From assembly GCA_964199315.1 (NCBI GenBank), contig OZ116699.1:24304001-24368000 (forward strand): a DNA stretch of 64,000 nt. The letters are read 5' to 3'. This DNA is from Orbicella franksi (lineage: Eukaryota). The notes below the pieces were generated by a model. That model saw only the letters and a program-made list of their open reading frames with translations, was not told the origin of the DNA and did not search any database. Made by a program: the position numbers and the translations under genes. Shown piece after piece: positions 12,671 to 25,900 of this stretch. Position 1 is the first letter of the stretch; every line of letters begins with the position of its first letter.

Positions 12671-12783
12671 GGATGGCGCAATTTGTTCTAAAAAAAATTA
12701 AAAAATTGTCCCATATCATAGGGACAGCCCCAATACTAGAAATGGTGCGCGTTTGCGGTCTCCGTCCCCGATTATGGCTCCTG
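12671..12783 (+). repeat. Interspersed repeat, direct copy of 8251-8349
   Basis: Near-identical blocks; see the 8251 feature. Confidence 0.85.
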
Positions 12784-13440
12784 CTAAACATCAATATATT
12801 TACTGAGTTTCCGTTTCTTTCATCCCAAGTTAAATCTGATTGTGTTTAGTTCTGTGAACAAGGGGGGTGGAGTCATAGGTGTAAAATGCTTAGTGGTCAT
12901 GAATTCGTAATATCCTAGCAACTGTTGGAGAATAAAGGAACAAGTGTAGTACAGTCTAGGGTTGGGATGGATTATCATTCTTAGCGATAAAATGAAAAGC
13001 AGATATTTGAGAAGGGCGAAGACAGAAACAACAATACCAATGTCCAACTTTCGTTTAAAAGAAAACTTTCCAAGACTTTGCGCTAGCCTTACGTGTTCCT
13101 GACTTTTTGGTAACATTTCTCACGTGTCTGAAGAGTGTGGTGCTTTTGCAATCATTTACTCCCCATCTCGGGTTTCCCACCTAACGTAATCAATAAGGAG
13201 ACATTTATCATGCCATGAAATGTCTTTGAAAATGTCGATGCAGTCCCCGTGCTCACGGAAGCTTGTACCGAGCGCGTGTGAACAGTTTTCCCGACCTGCT
13301 CACATTAACCCGTCCGATCCTACAAAAATGCCCGCTAATCTCCCTATATTGTTTTCTTTACATTTAGCACAGCGGTACGTTTTTAACGGTATTAAGAAAG
13401 ACCGCTGATCTTTGTTCTTTTTGTACCATTTTTTCTTTAG

Positions 13441-13835
13441 GAAACTATTCATTGTTTGCTGTGTTTGGAGCCGTGTTTACCAATTTAATTGAAAAGCTAA
13501 TGAAAAGACTGGTGTCCGGAATTCCAGACAAGATTAAATTTGTTGTGGGGAGCTCGATCCAAGTCAGTGTCCCAGAATATTCAGAGAGTCTCGTGGTGAT
13601 CGCTCGTGACGAATACAAGATCCTTGAATCTCAGATGCTGAATATTCTGAACAAGCGCTGGCAGACGCTGGACCTGATATCAATGATGGAAGAGTTAAAA
13701 AGGTGTGTGGATAAAGAGTTTAACGGGCCTGGGTATTGGGGCCTATGGTTCGATCTTCAAGAGCTATTAGTAAAAGACCGTTTGTCGTCTCGTCCAAGAT
13801 TTAAAAGGGAAGAGGATCTCATTGACAGTGCGTAA
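13441..13835 (+). CDS. Orphan terminal exon encoding the C-terminal half of a degenerate caspase-like domain
   Basis: Strong acceptor ttttttctttag|GA AAC TAT TCA TTG (phase 1), open to TAA at 13835. SLFAVFG, KIKFVVGSS, ESLVVIA and TLDLISMMEELKRCV line up by eye with caspase LSHG, FFIQACRG, DFL-AYS and DL-DILT-VN elements, without the catalytic His and Cys. No upstream plus-strand exon was found. Confidence 0.5.
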
Positions 13836-14475
13836 GTTAATTGTCTTGATAGTTCTATATCTCACACTGTTCCAAGTGATCTTATGAGTGGAAATTCCTG
13901 GTTTTCAAAAAACCAAACAAAGAACCAAATAAAATATCGTAGATAGCTTAGATTATTGAATTCTTAAACCATTCGCACTCAGATAAATAGCCTTATAAGG
14001 TATGATACATCATGTACAGTAAAAGGTGTGGATAGTTAACATTCTTAACTCTTCCGCCTGACCGAGAGACACCTTGTCGGTCTAACTCTTAGTTATAACA
14101 ACTCGATGCCAAAAGTCTGAACATTACATTCACACTCTCCCTCATGCTTTGGGCACCTGAGTCCGCCATTGAGTACTTGGTTCTGACATGAAGCTCGAAA
14201 CATTTAGCTTTTGTGAAATTATAGTTGATATTAACTGTAAAGACTTAGCTCATGATAGACTGTCACACAGAAGAAAAAAGGCTCAGAATCATTTTCTTGT
14301 ATCCAGGATTTTGAAAAGTTTTATAAGATGATGTAATTTACTAGCTCTTCAGTAGTGTATTTATTGGTGTAAAGTCTCGAAGTGGCCAATGATACCTTAG
14401 GCGGTGTAGGAGGGGATGAGTGGAGTCACGGAAAACCTGATAGCTGAGAATTGGCCAGAAAATGTCTGTACTTAA

Positions 14476-14767
14476 GGCCCCGTTCACACTTCTTCGGAGA
14501 AATTTAAAAACGCAACAATCACCGGTTATTTTATATTTGTGTTTGAGGAAAACTCGACCAGGGAAATCACATGACTATCTTGTCGTCATCGCGTGTTCAT
14601 AATGTTTTACTTCCACACTAAAACGCAAACCTTGATTTTCATATTCCTCCGGTTTGAAGAACGTTTTGAAAAGCTCTCTTTGGGTGACGGATTAGTGTGG
14701 ACTGTAGGGCTAACTGTAGAAGTAAAGTTGCGTTTTCAAACATCTCCGGCGTAGTGTGGACGAGACC
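14476..14767 (+). mobile_element. Complete PIF/Harbinger-type MITE with TAA target-site duplication
   Basis: TIRs ggccccgttcacact / agtgtggacgagacc, flanked by TAA at 14473-14475 and 14768-14770. Confidence 0.88.
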
Positions 14768-16071
14768 TAATATAATGCACGGCATATTGTATTGTTTTCT
14801 TGTGCGGCAACAGACTGGTGATGTGTTTGATATGACTTACAACACGCTTTTGAAATGACATTGTCCCGGATGATCGTGTTTTATATGTACTGCTGTGAGT
14901 TTGCTAATATTATCTTGCAAAATAAAGAAGAAAACGCCAAGGATGATGAAACGAAAACAAACACAAACAAACCAACCAAAACGAAATTTTCCACCAGCCT
15001 GTCAATTTTGATCTCTGGCAATCCTGTCACAAAATCAAAATGATGAACTGTTATCCACTTCCATACTTGAGATGCTGCACTTCTTTCCTCAAAAGCTGGT
15101 TCTTTTCAATTTTACTGTGTAGGATCTCTTTATCCAATTTATTTGTAACATTGGTAGCATTTGGCAATGTGATATCGATATTAAAAAAGGCCAACTTTCG
15201 ATAATCATGAGGGACACTGTGCCTTTAATTGTCAATTTTAGGTCCAGTATCGCAAAATTTAGTTAGTTAGTTATTTCTTCTATTTCATTTAGTTAGTTAT
15301 TTGCTATTAGGCGCATGGAGTTGAGAAAAGTGCCCTTTAAAAATGTAAATTATTATTATTACAGTACTATTAAAATAATACTTCGTTCACTTGAAGCGAT
15401 TGACAAAACGTAAGCTTCGTTCTCTAAAATATCACTTAATTAATCAAGTATGCTAGAGGAATACACTTAGAGATGAAAGATAAGAAACTTAAGATAATTT
15501 CTCTTTGAATAAAATCTCCGTTTTATCTATTTGTGCAGTTATTACTAAAAAGTGACCTCCCGGAGGAAAACAAAACAGACAAAAAAAAAAAGCACGGATC
15601 ACAAGTTTAGGTTATATTGCCCCCGCCGGCCACCACTAACAAGAAACGAAACACTGTCGTCACTTGCAGTGCTCAATGATTCCTTAGCTCTTCAATGTGA
15701 CTTCTTTAACATTTCTCGTCTGGTTTGCTACTTTGGTAATCACTGACGTATTTAGAACTTACTGGAGCGAGTGTTATCTACAATCCAAACCAGTAAATTT
15801 GAATAGCTGTAATAGGAACCTTCACAAAATAAAGTTTAATTTAATTTTGTACCGTAAACCTCGTCTAACTACGACCAAATTATCGAAAACTCAGGTGTTT
15901 TTGTTTTGTTTTTACAACTGAATAAACAGAAAAATAATTGATCACACCTGCGATAGGTTCTCATGGCAGACTCTGAACAAGCTGCGAGTTCATTTCCTAT
16001 CTGTTTCTAAAGCTTGAAAATGAACGCCTTTTCTTATGTAAAAACAACATCATAAAAGTGTCCATCAAGAT

Positions 16072-16997
16072 TTATAGCATCCATGTATTCATGTCATCTT
16101 GAAGGGTTAAATGTTCCCGAAAACACGTCAGAGCTAGGTCGTCAACAATAATAGTGCGTTCAATTTCTTCACAAATAGCCATTCTTCGCTCGGGGTGAGT
16201 GTTGCGATAGCAGTGATAAAAATGGTGGTCTAACGCCTCGTAAAAACTCCCTCGAACACGCACATCTGTCTCTTCGACAGGGCCTGTTTTTTCCCTGGAA
16301 GCGCGTTTATTACCATTTGCTTTCCTTTGAACTTCAAACGTGGCGATGTAAGACGTTATGTCAGTGTTTCCAGTCTTTTTAGGATCGATTTTTTCCCCAT
16401 TAATATCTCTCAGGTCCATCATTTTCTCTCTTTCCGTGAACGTGCGCAACTGATCCAGGCGTTGTTCGAAGGAAAGCAGCTCTTCATAGGATATTTGACC
16501 ATCACCGTGTAGATACTCCTTACACGGTTTCAGCCGTCTGCGAAGTAACTGCACAGGTCGTCGGAGCATCTTGGCGGCAATGGGTTTATCTTTAGTAATC
16601 GCGTTCTTAGGCGAATCACCTTCGCGGCATATTGACCCGATTCTGTGCATGCCGGAATAAACGTGTGTTTCTTCCTGACTTTGTGCGTCCTCATTCCATC
16701 TTTCAAGAGAGAGCAAGTTCCTTGCTTTGTAGCGACTTGTAATGGTGGAAAATTCTTGTCGATTGCTACGCAACATTTGTAGGACTCGTTTTTCTGTTCT
16801 GTCTCTTGAAGAGATGAAGGCGTTTGACTTATCATATTTGGACGCCTTTCAAGACGAAGAAGCTTTAAAAACCTCAGCGGGGAATTGTCATCTTCAGTGT
16901 TCGGGTCTTGAGCAATGTTGCATCCCGGTATTCTTCGAATCGGCGGTAATGTCATCTGGTTCGAAAGCTCCGCATTTGGCCTATTATTATGTGCCAT
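16072..16997 (-). CDS. Orphan family copy 2, one frameshift near 16705 (young pseudogene or sequence error)
   Basis: N-terminal frame MAHNNRPNAELSNQMTLPPIRR...KQGTCSL (in ORF 16530-17042) and C-terminal frame ERWNED...LQDDMNTWML (ORF 16072-16776) overlap. There are 2 extra bases relative to copy 1 (tctctcTTgaaag vs tctctcgaaag). An acceptor atatactag lies just upstream of the ATG. Confidence 0.7.
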
Positions 16998-19037
16998 TCC
17001 TTTGTGCAATTCCTTTCTCAAGGAGCCTAGTATATATATCAACGGGATTGTGCTTCTCTAGTGAACTGTCCGTTCGCTGTTTTTCATAACATAAGAGCGT
17101 ACTGTAGTGTGCCGCTCGCTGAAGCGAACACTGAACAAAACATGATAACAGCCTTTTTTCCTGGGAAAAAATGGAAATTAATGGTGATTTTGACAAAACC
17201 TTAAAAACACGTGTTTTGCCCAAAGCAAGAGGCTGTTCACCTGCTATTCCGAGTGTCTCACACTTTCCTCGAACCTTGGGCAAAACTTCATGAAATCCCC
17301 GAAGTGTAAGTTAACTGGTAGAGTTTCGCGCACGAAGTACGTTTCACAGTCTACAGTTCGCATCGTATCAAGAAAACCGGCTCAACATTGATAACAATAG
17401 GTATTGTTATAAGACCTAAAATTGGTCTTATATGGTCATTTTGATGTAGACGTCTTATACATAGCTCTTTCGCTCTCCGTTTATTGACTTCTAAGAAGAA
17501 GAAACGGAAGCTATGAATGGTGAATGAATCATGGGAAAGTGCGTCCTCATATGAAAAGCAGACTGCAGATACATGGAGGGACACTACATTGGCTAAGTTC
17601 AATATATGTAGCTGTTGCTGCAGTTCTTATTATTATTCTTGTTATTATTGCAAGTCTGCGGTTATATATTTTTCTTTTTTTTTAAAGGCTTGCGAACGAG
17701 GCGATAGGGTCAATACAAAGCAGATTGGAGCCTTTCGCCTCGTTTGTATGTCAAACCACTGATAAGTGCAATAACAGCAATTGTTCTTACTTTCACGTTT
17801 CATTTCGAGGATATACAAGTAAGGAATTGATTAATTTTGTTTTGCCTTCAACCCGGTCAACAATTGACATTTGACTGTCCAAGTTCTAAGATCATGGGAG
17901 ATATAACGTGCGATGTGATTGGCCGATCTACATATTTTTATTGTGTCACTTTGAGACACGGCTAGCGGAAGCAAGCTTCGATTGTTTTTTTCTTTAAACT
18001 GTTAAACACGAGCTTGGTCTCCCAGGGTTTGTGAGCCGTAAAGACAGCGATCACAAGAGCTACAACTCTAATTTGCGCCAAGAAGTTAAAAACATTTCAA
18101 GAAGATTACTTCTACTGACTGGTTGACTTAAGCTTATTTGGCTCTTCGCGTAAAGTCAGAAAAACATTTGCTCGCATACATTCATAGGTACATTATGTAC
18201 CTAGTTTATACTGTTTCTTTTCTATCTCCGTCAGAAAAACACTGTTTTAGAACTTCTCTCACTTTTTATCGAACGTGCATCGTAAAATTTCTAAAAATCA
18301 TAAATGGGGGATAAAAAGGAGGCTGATTAAAAGTAATTTCTCTATCTTGCGCGTGCAAATTAAAACTACAAAATTTGGAAATCCCGTCTCATTCAAGAAA
18401 GTTAGTGAATTAAATTTACTGTCCATTTTAGTAAACTCGGTCTCCTAAGGAACAAAGGGAAACCTGTCCAAAAAAAAAATTACGTGGAGTTCTGTTGTTT
18501 CTGTGATGCCAATATTGTTTTCAAATTACAACATTAGCTAAGGTAAAGCTGTTTTATTTTTTGAAGCGTTAAAAAACCTCAATAGCACGAATACTCGAGC
18601 GCTGAGCGTAAGAAAAGCATGGACGTTTACAGTAATTGCCCAGTTACTCAATTTGTTTTTGTTAAGTTTGACGTATCTTTATAAATAAAAGCACTTAAAA
18701 GAGTGTCTCTGATATTCATTTGCCCAGAAACTGACAATAAGTGGCGAGATCACTTTTCAACAAGAAAACATTGAAAGCAAGCGGAAATGCAAAGCTGGAA
18801 TCAATAGTCTGCTAATGACATTGTGAGTTGATACCGAAAGCGTTTGTTGCGGAGAAAACACGTTTTTCTGAAAGAGTCGTGGATAATTTCCATTTTTATT
18901 GCTTCGAGGCAAATGACAAAAATAGCGGCTCTGATATTTTTTTTATCATTTGTTTATCCTGTGGGGCGCAACAGTGTAGTTTCAGCGTCGTATTACATTC
19001 TTGTTAAATAACAATTGATAGCACAGAGGGCAGCGTT

Positions 19038-20006
19038 ATGGCGAATAGATATTTGACAAACGGAGCACAAACGGGTCAAGCAAGATTGCCACCGATTAGA
19101 AGAAAGTACGGCTCCATTAACAATCCGATATTTCAGGATTTTAGACGTGACAGTTTGCCGTCAAGTCTTCCAAGACTCCCTCAAGTGGAGAACCGACGGC
19201 TTCTTGCAGCGAAGACGTCTTCGTTCCTCCCTCAAGAGAGAAAAATCAGTTCTTTCTTCACAGATGACAAGAAGCTTCCTCCATTGAGACGCGTCGCTAC
19301 AGAGCCCAGAAATGCGTTGAAAAGGTCGACTGAGTCAAGAGGGCTGAATGGAGAGCAGAAAGCTATTGCCGGTTCTGGCTTACGTTCGGTGGATGATATA
19401 TATCTCGATGACGATCAGGCTAAGAACGGGACATTTAAAGATGAAGCCTTTGCTGAGAACACCGGGCCATTTCGAAGGCCCGCGCAGTTACTGCGAAGAC
19501 GGCTAAGACCCAGCAGAGCGTACATGTGCCAACACAGTGATGGCCAAATTTCCCATGGAGAACTGCTTAGGCTCGATCAAAACATGGATCAACTGTGTGC
19601 TATTGCGGAAAGGGACCAAGTCATAGAAGTTAGAGATATTAACGGAGAGAAGATCGAGCCTAGGAAGACTGAAAACTGCGATATCACATCTTACATGGGG
19701 ATGTTTGCAGTTGAAAGCAAAGCGGATAGTAGTAGCAGCGAGGACGGCAAGTGCGCTTCAACGGTCAAAACAGATCATAACACTGGCCTGCCTCGAGTAA
19801 GTGAAGAAACAAAGAAGCGTGTGAGAGGTCGTTTTTATGAGGCCCTAGATCTCCATTTTTATCATAACTATCGTAACGCGCATCCCGAGCGTAGAATGGC
19901 TATTTGTGAAGAAATCGAACGCAATATCGTTGTCGATAACATTACGCTGTCGTGGTTCAGAGAAAATTTGCGACTTCAAGACGTTTTGAATATTTGGATG
20001 CTATGA
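19038..20006 (+). CDS. Orphan family copy 3, intact 322-aa protein of unknown function
   Basis: Uninterrupted single-exon ORF. Conserved blocks shared with copies 1 and 2: LPPIRR, RRPAQLLRRRL, DGQIS-ELL, DINGEKI, RVRG-FYEALD-HFYH-YRN-HPERRMAICEEIER, WML*. A 5' UTR acceptor (attgatag) precedes the ATG. Confidence 0.85.
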   Translation: MANRYLTNGAQTGQARLPPIRRKYGSINNPIFQDFRRDSLPSSLPRLPQVENRRLLAAKTSSFLPQERKISSFFTDDKKLPPLRRVATEPRNALKRSTESRGLNGEQKAIAGSGLRSVDDIYLDDDQAKNGTFKDEAFAENTGPFRRPAQLLRRRLRPSRAYMCQHSDGQISHGELLRLDQNMDQLCAIAERDQVIEVRDINGEKIEPRKTENCDITSYMGMFAVESKADSSSSEDGKCASTVKTDHNTGLPRVSEETKKRVRGRFYEALDLHFYHNYRNAHPERRMAICEEIERNIVVDNITLSWFRENLRLQDVLNIWML

Positions 20007-21959
20007 AGTTTAAGAAAATATTACGCCAGTTTGTTTCCGCAAGGGGATTTCTAGTAAAACTAAATGAAGCGGACTTGCATGAGAAGATGGCAGCTGCAGA
20101 CACTGACTTGTTTTCAGCATGGTATTCACCTGCGCCCGATATGATAAACACAAATTTTTACTTTAGTTTAAGTCAGTTTCATTGATCAAAATTAAAAAAT
20201 GTAAATAAATCCCTTGGTAAAAGTGCGCGTAGAAATTTCTCATTGCTTGTTAACGAAAAATTGAGATAAGAAGAAGTCCTTTTGCTGAAATGATAAAGAA
20301 CAAATCAAAAAACGTGATCAGTTGCTTGAATCACGCGTTGACTCGGAGAACAGTCAAAAATCACGTTCTTGATGATTTATTTTTAGCAATTTCATTTAAG
20401 TGTTTTCCAAGTCAGCCGCTCATCCTCTCAGCCGCTTTACTCCCGCTTCCGTTGCTTTAGGCGTCAGTGAAAAATTACCTAAGCTCCCTCTTGCCTGGAT
20501 TGGACACTTGATTTCCCAAGACAATGATGCAAAGTTCCAGGATTCCATAAGATAAACAAAGTCGCAAAAGATGCACCATCTCTTTTACAAAATCAAAAAA
20601 AATAAATCAAAAGGAAAATCAAACCCCGCTTGAAACAGTTCACTGTTGACTAAAATCCCCTGAAATTACGACTCACAGAAATACTTATTAATTTGTTTCT
20701 ACTCCCACCCAGCCACTTCCCGTCACGTGATTAAGTGCTACCCAGGGGAAATTTCTCGCTACTTCTAAGCGTCGTCGCTTTAAAATCGTCTAATCTTGAT
20801 GGCGCTTAGTTTCGGGAATTTTAGTCGGGAATTTTAGACCAATTAACTCAAACATTACAGATCCACTTTAAATTTGGTATTTTAAGTCAAAACCAAGTCA
20901 ACTCATTTTGTAATCAGCCTGAGCACTTTTAAGACCAAACTTATGGGTATAACTTCAGCTGTTCAGCATTAAATGGGGAAACATACAGTCATGCAAAATA
21001 AATTTGCGTGGTACATGATAATTGTTCAATAAAATCAATTGTTTTCGGTTAGAGTTTATTTGAATATGAGTGAGCTTTACAGAGGTCTGTAAGTTACCGT
21101 GTGGGTTGTCTACAACAAAAGTTCAATGCCGAGAGGAGAGAGAGAGAGGAAACTAAACACGCTAAACTGATGCACACAACTTAATTTTCCTCGAAAACCG
21201 GGACATGTTTAAAAAAAAAAACATCTTTACCCGTATTTTGATGTTTTCTTCAGTGAAAAGTTCTGTTTTACCATTTTCACATTTCAATTTTGTTTTGAAA
21301 TATTACATAGTTAGTGTAGCCTTCTAAGTCCATTTTGGTATCATCAACTCTCATTTTTTACACTTCTGATCATGAGGCAACCATGGTAACCGTGGTCGTT
21401 GTATGTATTTGAGACACAGGACCTTAAAGATATCTATTGTTTGATCTCTAACTTAAACCATTCGCTTATAGCAATGACAGGCCTTAATAGATTTAAACAA
21501 CGAATTTAAAACAGAATTAAAATTCGACCGGAATTGGCTCTCACATGTTTCGTTGCGGAAGACGTCAATGATAAACATTCATTCTTTTTTAACTTCCGAA
21601 AAAATAAATTATAAAGTAAAAGTTTTCACTTTCTAACGGTCTTTCAGTGCTGTGATCGAACAGTATTAGTTCTATATCGACCAGTGATATCTTTGCGAAG
21701 GAAACCAACGCATAATTAGTGAAAAATCTTAGTCCAAGAATCTAGCCAATCAAAATTTCTTTCTTTCTTTTACCAGAGCCACCTTTTTCTCTTGCCAAGG
21801 CTCCGCCGGTAAAGAGGGACAGGTGGCCCTCCAGGGCGAAAATGATCTTGCAACGTTTTCGCTGAAACAATCATTGCACGAAGTAGAATCAAGTGTACTT
21901 TTCCGGCGCAACGATTACTGCAACGAAAGCGTTTCCGAGACATATTCCTTTTACTTGTT

Positions 21960-21974
21960 GTTACATAAGGCAAC
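21960..21974. promoter_or_regulatory. X-box (RFX)-like element upstream of the ZU5 gene
   Basis: GTTACATAAGGCAAC is an imperfect match to GTNRCC(N0-3)RGYAAC. It is followed by CGCCATTTT and a possible non-coding-exon donor (atg|gtaaaa) near 22039. Confidence 0.3.
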
Positions 21975-22924
21975 GTCTCGCTGATTCACCTCTCTTTTAT
22001 TTCGTAGTAGTTTCTCTTTGGAGTCGCCATTTTAAATGGTAAAACTGTACAGAGGTGCGTCGTAATTTAGTATCCAAGTCTGAACATCATTACTGGCAAT
22101 ATTCTATCAACGATGTAAAAACAATCACCTAAACAATGCTAAAAGAATTAATATCATATCCCGAATTAATTCATTTGCAACGTATTAAAATGAAAAGTTG
22201 AATTGTTTTCATCTGCTGTTGATTCTATAATTGCCTGAAAATAAGTTTGTTGTTGATCTCGAAGATAAGCCGACAAGTAACCGAACAACCAAAGTTGGAA
22301 TATTTGCATTTCAGCCAATAACAAAGCAAAAACTTAAAAACTTCAAATTGTTTGCCGACAGTACTTTGGCAAAGTACCATTAGACAATGGCCTTTTATTA
22401 CAGTTATTCAACAAACGCTTACGAAAATCCATTTTGAAGGAGTTGAGTGTGATAATTCGGCTTTGGTGGCATTTCCAACTGGCAAACCAAAGAAAAAGTG
22501 CTCCTAGTGTATTTGATTCCGCAATTTCTTCTTCGTTTCGCATCCTATTTCTTCGAAGATCCGTCTGTTTTGTTTGGTTACCATGAAGTTTCATTACTTT
22601 GACAGAAAGCACTGAATGTTTTGCCAAACAAAGGTATCCTTGCGTAAACAATAAAGCAATAACTTTTCCATATATTAACGATCTGTTTACTAATGCCTGC
22701 TGAACAATGCAGGTTATTCCCAGCGGTCATTTCACCTAAGTTAGATTCACAATTTCGAAGCTGACTTTGATGAATCACCTCTCCCACTAATTGCACTCAA
22801 TTAGCACTTCGAGAAGCGAAAACCTTTTGCAAACAACGCCTTGATTGATGTCGTTGTTATGGAGTGGAAAACCAACTCAAAACAATCATTTAGTAAATTG
22901 ATATTGGAAGAAGAAGAGGGAGCA

Positions 22925-25900
22925 ATGAAGCCCACGGTTAGGTAAATACGTCATTTGCAAGACTTAATTCAGACTTTTGAAAAGTTTGTTTGTTATTTGT
23001 ACTTCATACAGAAACATCACTCTTATTTTTCCAAAGCAACGTTCGACAATCTATTCGTTACACCACGTGAATGACATACAATTCCAGTCAATAAGGGGTT
23101 TATCGAATGCTTGGCGGTCGATTATTTCCTTTATAGGCCGTAAATTCGTTGTCAAGATACAATGTTTAGAATGCAAAGTTGGTCCTTGTACCTCTTCGAA
23201 TTGTGAACATTATTATCACATAGAAGTGGAAAAAATAGTTGTTCGGATCAATACAAAGGTTTCGGAAAACATTTAATCAACAGAAGCTGATAAAAGGAAT
23301 GTTTTCCGATGAGAGGGTTTTAATGAGCCCGTTTTTTCTATTGTCATTTGGAGGCTTAGAAGTGCGTGGGTCCTCGTCGCGTCCGCGTTTCAGTCGATTT
23401 CAAAACAGATAACGTTTTGTCGTCGCTGGCTTTTTTAACAATTTAAATTAATCGCATATCATCTTTGCTTTGCCTAAGATCTACACCTTAATGGCTGTGT
23501 GTGAGGGTGACAGCATACAGGCAACAAGGAAATGATCTACCATATATACCTGTTAAAATAACGCAAAACGATAACGCAGTAGTCTTTTCATTATAATATC
23601 TTATTAAAATTTCAAAGATCCAAAACTAAATTTTTGTTTTCTTTCTTGAGCTCGTTCTTTGAATTGAAGCAGGCTTGTACGGAATATAAGCTTGGAAATC
23701 AATTTTAAATTGGGGATGATGTGTCGTCTTTATTTCGCGGAAGAAAAAAACAATTCGCTATGAAGTCCATCATTTGTGGTAGCACTCCTAGAAACATAAG
23801 CACGGTAGCTTTACCATTTGTAACTCGATTAAAAAGTCAGCATGGTTGGAAAGGAAACCTTAACAAGCAATTGTCACGAAGTTATTTTCCGACGGGAACT
23901 TAATGAAGCAACTCAGCCACATCGAAGCGCGGCTGAAATTTAAGGCGGCTGATTCGGCATTGAAGCCAAAATTTGGGGAATACAATATACATTATGCGAT
24001 GATAATGATCATTTTTGAAAACGTCATACGTATTAACGCGACAGGTGCCACATAAAATTAACTAAAATTTGAATATATTTTGCTAACACTGAAATATCAT
24101 GGCAACAAAACCCCATTTTTTGTTGATATTTTTGGGTGAAAATACAAACCTCATAAGACAAATTAACATGGCAGAAAAAACTAATGTCATAAATGAGTTA
24201 AAGACGAAATATTTTTTGGGATGTTAGATACAACCGTTTTCAGTCCCGCCAGCAACACAAATAAACATTTTGAGTAAACTAATGTTTCCTGTGCTGTTTT
24301 ATTAAAGAGGAAAAGATGACGTCGTTATTGCTGTCTGTGCTTTTCTTGAGGCGTCCCTGAATATAAATTTTCGCGAGGTAGGGGAGAAAAAAAAATTACT
24401 AAAAGTTCTAATTGGCTGTTTTAGGACCATTTTGCGGACCTCACGCGAAATAGAAAAAGAAAAAAAGAATCCAAACAAACAATAGCTGGGAAGCTACAAA
24501 TTTGCAATACAAACCCTGTTAACAGATATAATGGAATATCAGTGGACATCATAAAAAAAACCATGAAACAAAAAAATATCTTAATAGTCTTCACTAAATT
24601 TTTTTTTCCCTTTCAGCACAATTTCGAGTGTCTGGATTCGATCAGGGAGCGAATTTCACGGATTTTTTGAGGCATCTAATGAATTTCTCGGTATAAGACT
24701 TAAAGCGTCAGCCATTTGTGTAGAAAACTCGAAGTCATCGAGTATCAGATTCAGAATCCTCAACAAACTTCAATATGAACCATTTTTAGAAGAAAACGAG
24801 AGGAGAGTGTCGGACATAATACAAATTTATCCAAAAGAATTTGTTTTCGAGCCGTCTGCCGAGCTCGTGTTAAAGCTACCGAGCTGCGTGGCACCGAAAT
24901 CTTGTGGCCAGACGGTTTGCCTCTACTGCAGTAATGTTTGGCTGAGGAATGGTGTGAAACACCTTAAATGGAAGCCACTCGATTCGTTCTGTTTTCACGT
25001 GAATGAAGCGAGGACTGAAGCGAGAATCTGTTGTAAAAAAAGCGGACTTTATACGATTAAAATTACCCAGCATCCCCAGGTTACAAAAAATCTGTATCCC
25101 TACACAGACTGCGAGGTGGAGCTGGCGGAATATCCCGGAATTCAAATCAAGTTTCCTGTTGGTTGCGTTACTCGCAAAACGCCGGTAACATTAGAAACAA
25201 TTTCCAATGAGGACTTGTACAATCTGCAAGCACCGGCCCCAGTCTCCCCAAGATCATTGAGTTCGTGGCTTCCACCTCAGAGCTGCGATCCAGAGGATCT
25301 GGGTACTAACAACATGGTGGACATCACATCCAGTCCTGTTGTCCTCATACGTCCGTCGAAGTTTCGTTTCACGAAGCCTATTAAACTCACCCTACCTTTG
25401 ATGGGAGATGGATTTGAAGATTTCTTTTCTAGGGAGAGCACCAGGGTAACAGTGTTACAGAGTAAAATGTTGGACGAGGACACAATCTTATGGAAACACC
25501 ATTACAGCACACCAAAGGTAAGGTTCTCATTGTGTTTTGTATGGGCGTTCTTTTTTTCTTTTAACGAGGGCATGGTTGAAATGTGCCGTGTAAAGTATAT
25601 AGATTAGTAATGCAATGGTTTCGAGTCATATACCATGGAATATCCCACTTTTCATTTTTTCGGTGGAAAGTTTGAGTGCAATACCGTCGAGTATACCACG
25701 GCTTTCCTGTTTTCCGATTGGCTGCTTGTTATGCCATGTAACATTCTCAATACTTGCGATGATGGTACATTTTGTAGTGTGGTTTTAGTAGACAGGGGTT
25801 ACTATGGGAAACAGAACTGGTTCCTTCCTTACTTTGTGTTGGTGACTTGTTATCTACACAAGGCGTTTACGTTTTTCTTTTAACAACGTAAGTCATCGGA

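Noticed and set aside
12820-13116. 98-codon minus-strand ORF as an upstream exon of the caspase-like gene
   Set aside because: No convincing splice sites in a compatible phase and no recognisable motif.
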